Origin: Bdellovibrionota bacterium
Lineage (GTDB): Bacteria; Bdellovibrionota; UBA1018; CAUJDS01
Reading direction: 5' to 3'
Length of the DNA: 64,000 bases
NCBI GenBank assembly: GCA_963169695.1
Contig: CAUJDS010000026.1
Location: forward strand, 2,168-66,167
Shown here: in pieces, positions 57,972 through 64,000 of the stretch
How the letters are laid out: every line of letters starts with the position of its first letter
Numbering within the stretch: the first letter of the stretch is position 1
Translations under genes and position numbers: made by a program
The notes under the pieces: generated by a model
Databases searched by the model: none
The model's input: only the letters and a program-made list of their open reading frames with translations
What the model was told of the DNA's origin: nothing

Positions 57972-59681
57972 ATGAGCGTAATGAGCAAGGCTATACGACC
58001 CAAGCGATTTCAACTAAGGAAGCAATCGGGAGTGCGATTCTTTGTCGAATCTCGTACAGGAACGCGGTTTGATCTGCGGCTCGACAATTGTTCCTTAACA
58101 GGACTCGGAGCGACATGTGATGACCCAAAATTAAACCAAACCATTGCCGAAGAACTCGCAGCCAGTGAATTGGTACCTGCCGGAAAAATTTCATGGACGG
58201 ATCACGAATACGCGCTCGGTCGCTTAGTAATTCGTAACATTAAGAAATTAGAATCTGGTGAGGTGTACGTAGCACTTTCTACTGTAGACTCCAAGGTTCC
58301 ACTTGATGGGCCTTTGAGTCAGTTCTTAGAAGTGACGGACTCCAAAGAAATCAATCCCTTTGAATTTGAATTGAGTCCCGAGCGATTCTCACTTGCTGAC
58401 TTTGCAGAAAACCAAGCCATGAATACGGACCTCTTTGCCAAGTGCAAGCAGTACTCCATTTTCTTCAGGGAATGGAAGGATAGTCCCAAATTTTTATACC
58501 ACTCAATACGAGAGCCATCGATGGGCACTCGCGTGCACTTAAAGAAATCTCGAAAAAGTGGCCGTCAAGACTACATCATTATGGGATCTAATGATTACCT
58601 TGGACTTGCTTCTCACCCTAAGGTCATGGAAGCAGCAAAAGCGGCCATCAATCTCTATGGATTTGGTGCAACGGGTTCGCCCTTGACCACGGGAATCTCT
58701 GAAGAGCACGAAAAGCTCTGCGATCAGCTTTCAAGAATCTTTAAGAAAGAGCAGACGATTCTTTTCAATTCTGGGTATGCAGCCAATATTGGAGCGATTC
58801 AAGGAATTACTAGCGGTCAAGACCTCGTAGTATCTGACATGCTCGCACATGCTTCGATTCAAGATGGCATGCAGATGTCGAGGGCAACGTCGCGATTCTT
58901 TAAGCACAATAATATGGCCCACCTTGATAAGGTACTGGCGGAGAATCGATCTCAGTATTCGGGATGTATCGCCATTACAGAGGGCGTATTCTCAATGGAT
59001 GGCGACGTACCTCCATTGCGTGACTTTGTCGACATTGCCAAGAAGCACAAAGCAAGAACCTTCGTGGATGAGGCGCATAGCTTTGGTGTGGTGGGTCCGA
59101 AAGGCTTGGGTGCCTGCGATCAGCATCGAGTCACGGACCGTGTGGATATGGTGATGGGGACCTTCTCGAAGATCGCAGGTGGAATCGGCGGATTTATATC
59201 CACCAGCAAGGATGTTGCCGATTGGCTCTTTATGTTTGCACGGGCACATATGTTTTCGGTTTCCATTCCGCCCTCCACCGCGGCTGCTGCCTATCAAGCG
59301 ATTCAGCTATTTCTGGACGATGCAAGCTTGGTACAGAATCTTCATCGCAATATACACCACTTCGTAAAAGGCCTGAGAGAGTTGGGCTATCCAGTCAAAG
59401 AAAATCACGAGAGTGCCGTAGTACCCGTAGTGATTGGGGATGAAGCCAAGCTCGGCGTGATGAACCAGTACCTTCAAGAAAAGGGAGTATTTGTTGTACC
59501 GATCGTCTATCCGGCCGTAAGTCGAAAAGCGTGTCGCTTTCGCTTTACGGTTACCTCGGGCCATCAGATTTCGGACTTGGACTATGTTCTCAATGTCTTT
59601 GGACAAGCACTAGAAAAAGCTGATGTGCAGTTCGAAGAATTAGACAAAACCAAACTGAAAAATGTGGATAACGCGGCTTAA
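57972..59681 (+). CDS. PilZ-domain / alpha-oxoamine synthase (PLP, BioF/KBL/SPT/CqsA superfamily) fusion protein
   Basis: aa 12-16 RFQLR (RxxxR) and aa 39-44 NCSLTG ((D/N)xSxxG) at canonical PilZ spacing. aa ~195-569 form a full AOS core (SNDYLGL, DEAHSFG, GTFSKIAGGIGGF). AGGAG RBS before the ATG. Confidence 0.8.
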   Translation: MSVMSKAIRPKRFQLRKQSGVRFFVESRTGTRFDLRLDNCSLTGLGATCDDPKLNQTIAEELAASELVPAGKISWTDHEYALGRLVIRNIKKLESGEVYVALSTVDSKVPLDGPLSQFLEVTDSKEINPFEFELSPERFSLADFAENQAMNTDLFAKCKQYSIFFREWKDSPKFLYHSIREPSMGTRVHLKKSRKSGRQDYIIMGSNDYLGLASHPKVMEAAKAAINLYGFGATGSPLTTGISEEHEKLCDQLSRIFKKEQTILFNSGYAANIGAIQGITSGQDLVVSDMLAHASIQDGMQMSRATSRFFKHNNMAHLDKVLAENRSQYSGCIAITEGVFSMDGDVPPLRDFVDIAKKHKARTFVDEAHSFGVVGPKGLGACDQHRVTDRVDMVMGTFSKIAGGIGGFISTSKDVADWLFMFARAHMFSVSIPPSTAAAAYQAIQLFLDDASLVQNLHRNIHHFVKGLRELGYPVKENHESAVVPVVIGDEAKLGVMNQYLQEKGVFVVPIVYPAVSRKACRFRFTVTSGHQISDLDYVLNVFGQALEKADVQFEELDKTKLKNVDNAA

Positions 59682-59698
59682 AGGAGATGTGAAGCTTT

Positions 59699-61558
59699 TT
59701 GGAAGCATTTGCGATTCGGTTTCTTATGGCTATTTCTAGCTTCCTTGGGGTGCAACCTCTTCCAACGGTTCTGTCCAATGGTTGGACTATTTCTCATTCC
59801 TGGCAGCCTTATGAATATGGGTATCAAGCAACGTTGAACTCAGACACGCTCTTGGCGGAGTGTGCTACTCAGCCAGACGCCCACTTTGTTTTTCCTTCCG
59901 TTGTTCACTCCGCGCATCGCCTTTTTGTAGACGGAAAGTTGGCTTTCTCGGAGGGCGATACAGCCTTTAAGAAGGTTCGTTCATTCTATGGAGTCCCTGA
60001 GCTAGCATGTAAGGACCTTCCCGCAGGAAAGATTCTGACCTGGCAAATTTATTCCTATTCGCGATATTTTGCCCGCCTACAGTTTCTTCCGTACCTACAG
60101 AAAGAGCCTTCCCGCGGGAACCTATTCTACGAATCGCTTAATGCCATTGCAGGCGGTACGCTTCTCGTATTGGGTCTGTTCTTCTTGATTATTTTCTACG
60201 GCAAGGTCCAGCGACCTCTGGCGCTTTCTTTCTCGCTTTCGAATTTTCTTTGGTCGGGCTATTTTTTAGGATCCGTCCCGGGCTTCTTCGGCTTTGATCT
60301 TACGATGCTTCAAATGCATCGAATTGCAGATTTTGGAGTTCATTTAGGCACGGTGCTTTTTGCCAATTCCCTTAGGCACGAAGGATTGATTGGATCACGA
60401 ATATTTTGGACCTATCTTACGAGCACCTTCATTGCTTTGGCCATTCTTGTTGTTGGTGCCAGTGGTGACGTCCTTCAGTTTGGAACCACGCTTCCGTTTG
60501 GATTTGCGTTAGCCTTCTTTCTAGTTGCGATTGCGCGCCTCACGCGCGACTCCATTAAAAAGCGATTGACTCGTTCTTCGCTCTTGCAACTTGCCAGTCT
60601 TGGAATTTTTGTAGCTGCCATCGTCAATGATATTCTTTCTATCACGGGTGTCACCAATCGAGTGATGATCTTGTCCTTAGGTGTGGTGGGAGGCTTGCTT
60701 TTCTTTGCTGTGTCTATCAATGAAAAAATCTCTGAGGCTTTCCGCGAGCGCGACTATTTGCGTACGAATCTTGAGACTGAAGTTCAACAGAAGACCAAAG
60801 CACTCACGACGACGCTTTCGGACCTGAAAGCGACCGAGGCTGAATTGATTCAAAGTGCTAAGCTCGCATCCTTGGGTACCTTGGCAGCGGGAATAGCGCA
60901 CGAGATCAATAACTCACTCAACTACGTCAACGGATCAATCAAACCCTTGGAGAAAGAGCTCCAAAAGATTGCCAAGCCAGAGGACATGGGCAAAGTCATC
61001 AAACTATTTACAACGATGAAAGAGGGCTTGAGCCTTACTTTCGACATTATTCGTAGCCTAAAAAATTACACTGGTCTCAACCAAGCCAAGTTCAATGATG
61101 TGGAAGTGCAGACCATTGTGACTTCTGTTATGGCCATTCTACGCAGCCGACTCAAAGAAGGATTTGATCTCCAGGTCAAAATTGAACCAGGACTTAAGCT
61201 CTTTGGAAGTATCGTAGGGCTGAATCAGATCTTTATGAACCTCATCAACAATGCCATCGATGCCATGCCTCAAGGTGGGCGACTCTTGATTGAAGCCTAT
61301 TCGGAGGCCAAGGGTGTGGTGGTCAAAATTTCTGATACCGGATCCGGCATGTCCCCAGAAACCTTAGCGCGCGTATTTGAGCCATTCTTTACGACCAAGG
61401 AAGTTGGAAAAGGTACGGGCCTTGGCCTTCATATCGTCAAGACTGAGTTGGAGCGCCATCACGCAACCATCGCAACTCAATCAGAACCCGGAAGAGGAAC
61501 AGAATTTCTTCTTAAGTTCCCAGGCGAGACCCCATTCTACGAGAAGGAGGCCGCATGA
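59699..61558 (+). CDS. Sensor histidine kinase with extracytoplasmic domain and 7 TM helices (7TMR-DISM-like)
   Basis: ~140-aa N-terminal non-membrane domain, 7 predicted TM helices, H-box AAGIAHEINNSLNYV, N-box NLINNAIDA, G-boxes DTGSGM and GTGLGL. No receiver domain. Start is TTG 59699 (AGGAG upstream) or ATG 59726. Confidence 0.85.
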   Translation: MEAFAIRFLMAISSFLGVQPLPTVLSNGWTISHSWQPYEYGYQATLNSDTLLAECATQPDAHFVFPSVVHSAHRLFVDGKLAFSEGDTAFKKVRSFYGVPELACKDLPAGKILTWQIYSYSRYFARLQFLPYLQKEPSRGNLFYESLNAIAGGTLLVLGLFFLIIFYGKVQRPLALSFSLSNFLWSGYFLGSVPGFFGFDLTMLQMHRIADFGVHLGTVLFANSLRHEGLIGSRIFWTYLTSTFIALAILVVGASGDVLQFGTTLPFGFALAFFLVAIARLTRDSIKKRLTRSSLLQLASLGIFVAAIVNDILSITGVTNRVMILSLGVVGGLLFFAVSINEKISEAFRERDYLRTNLETEVQQKTKALTTTLSDLKATEAELIQSAKLASLGTLAAGIAHEINNSLNYVNGSIKPLEKELQKIAKPEDMGKVIKLFTTMKEGLSLTFDIIRSLKNYTGLNQAKFNDVEVQTIVTSVMAILRSRLKEGFDLQVKIEPGLKLFGSIVGLNQIFMNLINNAIDAMPQGGRLLIEAYSEAKGVVVKISDTGSGMSPETLARVFEPFFTTKEVGKGTGLGLHIVKTELERHHATIATQSEPGRGTEFLLKFPGETPFYEKEAA

Positions 61559-62796
61559 AGCCTATTCTCTACTATGTAGATGACGATGCCCATAACCTCA
61601 CCGTATTTGAAGCTTCCTTGCCGGATGAATGGGAGATCAAAACCTTCTCCAATCCCTTGAAGGCGCTCGAAACTTTAGACAAGGATAAGCCATGGGTCAT
61701 TGTGGCTGACCAGCGCATGCCGGGGATCAAGGGCGTGGACTTTCTTGAGATTGCAAAGAAGCTGACACCTCACTCGGTACGAATCATTGTGACTGGATAT
61801 TCCGATGAGGACTTGGTGATTGAGACCGTTCGCAAGGCTCAGGTCTTTGATTACATTCGCAAGCCTTGGGATACCGATGATCTCGTAGCTCGTATGCAGA
61901 AGGCTGTTGAGTTTTATACGATGAGTCGCGAGAAGGAGAAGCTCTTCGAAACGCTTCTCCAACGTGAAAAGGAATTAAAAACAAAAAACGATGAATTGAC
62001 CACGCTCTCGAAGCAATTAGAGGACTCCAAAAAGCAAGAAGAAGGTATGCGCAAAGAACTTGAATGCTGGGTCCCGCCTTTTGTGCTCCTCGCACTTAAG
62101 GAAAATAAGATTCAGTTTCCGGCCAAGCGAGACTTGGTTTGTGTGACATTTGATATCATCAACAGCAACGAAATCCACGGCACAGAAGTGAATGGCAGGA
62201 CGCTAAGAAGCATAGTGATTCAAAGTTTTTCGGAGTCCATCATTCGCCATGGCGGTTGGCGCGAAAGTCACTCCGGCGACTCCGCCTATGGTCATTTTGG
62301 ACTGATTGATGGAGTAGGAAATCCCTACGAAGCCGCCCTTGCTGTGGCGCGCGAGTTTCGGGTATCGCTGCGAAGTCTTTCTATGGTTCATGATGTACAG
62401 ATCGAATGTGGTATCGCCCTCCATGTGGCCAGGGATTGTACCGTAGATGTACATCAAGTTCAGCTTGTCACTCCTTCTGGCGTCATGACTCAGAAATCCT
62501 TCGATACGACTTCGGTAGGAGTAGATCTCGTCCATCGAATGGAGAAGTTGGTCCACGAATTGAAAGGCACCAACATCATCCTTTCTACAGCGTTCTATGA
62601 TCAGTTAGAGAAGCCACCCAAACAAGCCAACCTGCTTGGTGCTCACCTCTTCAAAGGACAGACCGAAGCCGTGGGTCTGTACTTAATTGCCAGCGACCTC
62701 CTATCGGATGAGGACATCCATGCCTTCGCACAGAAGCTTACTGGCCCGGCAGAAAATGCCGAGGAGTCCGGCGTCGTCGAAAAAAAGGTAGCTTGA
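61555..62796 (+). CDS. Response regulator: REC - coiled coil - class III nucleotidyl cyclase-like domain
   Basis: REC motifs DDD(9-11), D52 (VIVADQRMPG), K103 (IRKPW). aa ~193-378 align by eye with the cyclase homology domain (VTFDI, HGGW..SGDSAYGHFG, CGIALH, VGVDLVHRMEKL, LFKGQTEAVGLYLI). ATGA overlap with the kinase stop. Confidence 0.8.
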   Translation: MKPILYYVDDDAHNLTVFEASLPDEWEIKTFSNPLKALETLDKDKPWVIVADQRMPGIKGVDFLEIAKKLTPHSVRIIVTGYSDEDLVIETVRKAQVFDYIRKPWDTDDLVARMQKAVEFYTMSREKEKLFETLLQREKELKTKNDELTTLSKQLEDSKKQEEGMRKELECWVPPFVLLALKENKIQFPAKRDLVCVTFDIINSNEIHGTEVNGRTLRSIVIQSFSESIIRHGGWRESHSGDSAYGHFGLIDGVGNPYEAALAVAREFRVSLRSLSMVHDVQIECGIALHVARDCTVDVHQVQLVTPSGVMTQKSFDTTSVGVDLVHRMEKLVHELKGTNIILSTAFYDQLEKPPKQANLLGAHLFKGQTEAVGLYLIASDLLSDEDIHAFAQKLTGPAENAEESGVVEKKVA

Positions 62797-62857
62797 TTTC
62801 GACTGAAGCAACTTCTTTGACCCAAGCCAAAAACTCTGTGAGAAACTCAAGGAAGCT

Positions 62858-64000
62858 ATGATTTTATTCAAAAGAAAAGCTTCGCTCAAGAGCTTGGTGA
62901 CTTTGGTGCTTTCTGTGGGCTTGATGGCCCAAGTGGAGGGCCAAAAATTCGAAATCTCAGATGGCGCGCAAATCAATGTGAGAGAAGAGCCCGCCTTCAA
63001 GAAAGCGAAGATACTTTTTGCCGCTCAATCAGGCGACACCGGGATTATCTTGAAAATTGAGGCAAGGGTAGATGGCCGGCAGGCTCTTTATGTAGACTTC
63101 GGCAATGGCAGAAAGGGCTGGATTCTCTATGCCAAACAAAACTGGCTTCTTCTGAAGGACCTTCCCAAAGCAGCGGCTCAACCTGTTGCTGAGGCCCCTT
63201 CCGCTGAAATTGAAAAGGCGACAGAGGCACTCTATGTAAGAGCAAAGAAAAATGGAGTTCCGGTCTATGTGAGTTTATCTAACTTGGAAAGTCCTTATGG
63301 TGGACTTAATGCCGAAGAGAACTATGAGATAGACCAACAAAAATGGGATCCTCAGTCAGATTGGATACCGCTTAAGGCAAAGGGATTGGATGGAAATCCT
63401 GTGACAGCCTATGTGCGAAAGGACGCTGAGATTCTTTCGGGAAAGCTCACTGAAATCCTCAAAGCCCTTTCGGCTAGCCCGGCAGAAACAGCTTGTAAGG
63501 AAGTACCATTGAGCGAAGTTCCAGCAAATCTCGTTTTCGAGGGCTGCCCCGCAGTTCAGGCAGCAGCTCAAGAAGCCCTCAATGAGCGGCTTCAAGCCAA
63601 AAGACCCAGTATGGCAGAAGTACTTAAATCTGACTTAGCTGCATGTGTCCTCGCATCGCAAAAGGACGAAGCCAGCCACTCCTTTCAATATTTGAACTGC
63701 CAAAAAACCAAAAATGGAAAGTGGACTTCATCAAAAAATAAGTCCAACCGACCCTGTGTTTCTCCCCAGGTCACAGCAATTGTGACTGCAGAACTTCAAG
63801 ATACTGCAGACTGTTTCGGAATTTCGGAGGGAGAACTTTTCAATGTTTTTAATCATGAGTCACGACTCATGCCTAACGCGATGAGTGGAACCGGTGCTGC
63901 TGGAGTTGCCCAATTAACGGACATTGCCATAAAGGACGTACTTAATTCGGAAGGAATTGCATCTCGGTCAGTCATTCCTACGAGTACTGGCTATCTAAAA
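62858..64000 (+). CDS. Secreted SH3b-like / SLT-domain lytic transglycosylase (N-terminal 381 codons; runs off the window)
   Basis: ATG 62858 after AAGGAAG. Signal peptide MILFKRKASLKSLVTLVLSVGLMAQV. Open frame to 64000. SLT catalytic motif NHESRLMPNAMSGTGAAGVAQLT near the end. Absent from the ORF track because it has no stop. Confidence 0.65.
   Translation, partial: MILFKRKASLKSLVTLVLSVGLMAQVEGQKFEISDGAQINVREEPAFKKAKILFAAQSGDTGIILKIEARVDGRQALYVDFGNGRKGWILYAKQNWLLLKDLPKAAAQPVAEAPSAEIEKATEALYVRAKKNGVPVYVSLSNLESPYGGLNAEENYEIDQQKWDPQSDWIPLKAKGLDGNPVTAYVRKDAEILSGKLTEILKALSASPAETACKEVPLSEVPANLVFEGCPAVQAAAQEALNERLQAKRPSMAEVLKSDLAACVLASQKDEASHSFQYLNCQKTKNGKWTSSKNKSNRPCVSPQVTAIVTAELQDTADCFGISEGELFNVFNHESRLMPNAMSGTGAAGVAQLTDIAIKDVLNSEGIASRSVIPTSTGYLK

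Overview
This is a very gene-dense bacterial chromosomal segment, and many adjacent genes share 4-nt start/stop overlaps. The organism is Gram-negative (lptF/G-type permease, lpxC). The presence of mglA and the cell-wall cluster layout suggest a Bdellovibrio- or Myxococcus-like lineage, but that is inference only.

Gene order:
- lepB (partial), then lptF/G-def-fmt-rpe-hutH-hutI.
- Aur1/PAP2-like protein, TlpA-like thioredoxin, orphan Flp-like pilin, rlmE, mreB, AMP-nucleosidase-like protein.
- dcw cluster rsmH-ftsL-ftsI-murE-mraY-murD-ftsW-murG-murC-murB ... ftsQ-ftsA-ftsZ-psd. It lacks mraZ, murF and ddl, and an opposite-strand M16 peptidase pair splits it.
- FabG-like SDR, then the operon dnaX-recR-mglA-DksA-like-M24-like, then a second DksA paralog.
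- ogt, an asparaginase-family protein, mltG.
- rho-prfA-prmC-murA, running without a gap into a Pantoea-type crtY-crtI-crtB cluster with convergent crtZ (zeaxanthin pathway).
- A serine-palmitoyltransferase-like alpha-oxoamine synthase plus a GNAT-like acyltransferase.
- ruvCAB, lpxC.
- tRNA-Pro(GGG), followed by an integrase-less arsenic islet (arsR-arsI-arsC-aquaglyceroporin) bracketed by copies of the tRNA 3' end.
- A lipoprotein and a GH15 glucoamylase-family protein.
- A three-gene module: PilZ-fused alpha-oxoamine synthase, 7TM sensor kinase, REC/cyclase-like response regulator.
- A partial SH3b/SLT lytic transglycosylase.

The best candidate for an undescribed system is the PilZ-AOS / kinase / REC-cyclase module at 57972-62796. 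Its architecture is reminiscent of CqsA/CqsS and LqsA/LqsS/LqsR signalling, with c-di-GMP input.

I saw no rRNA, CRISPR array, transposase or integrase. All assignments come from by-eye motif recognition on the supplied ORF translations. Many track starts are over-extended, and I adjusted them where the sequence supported it.
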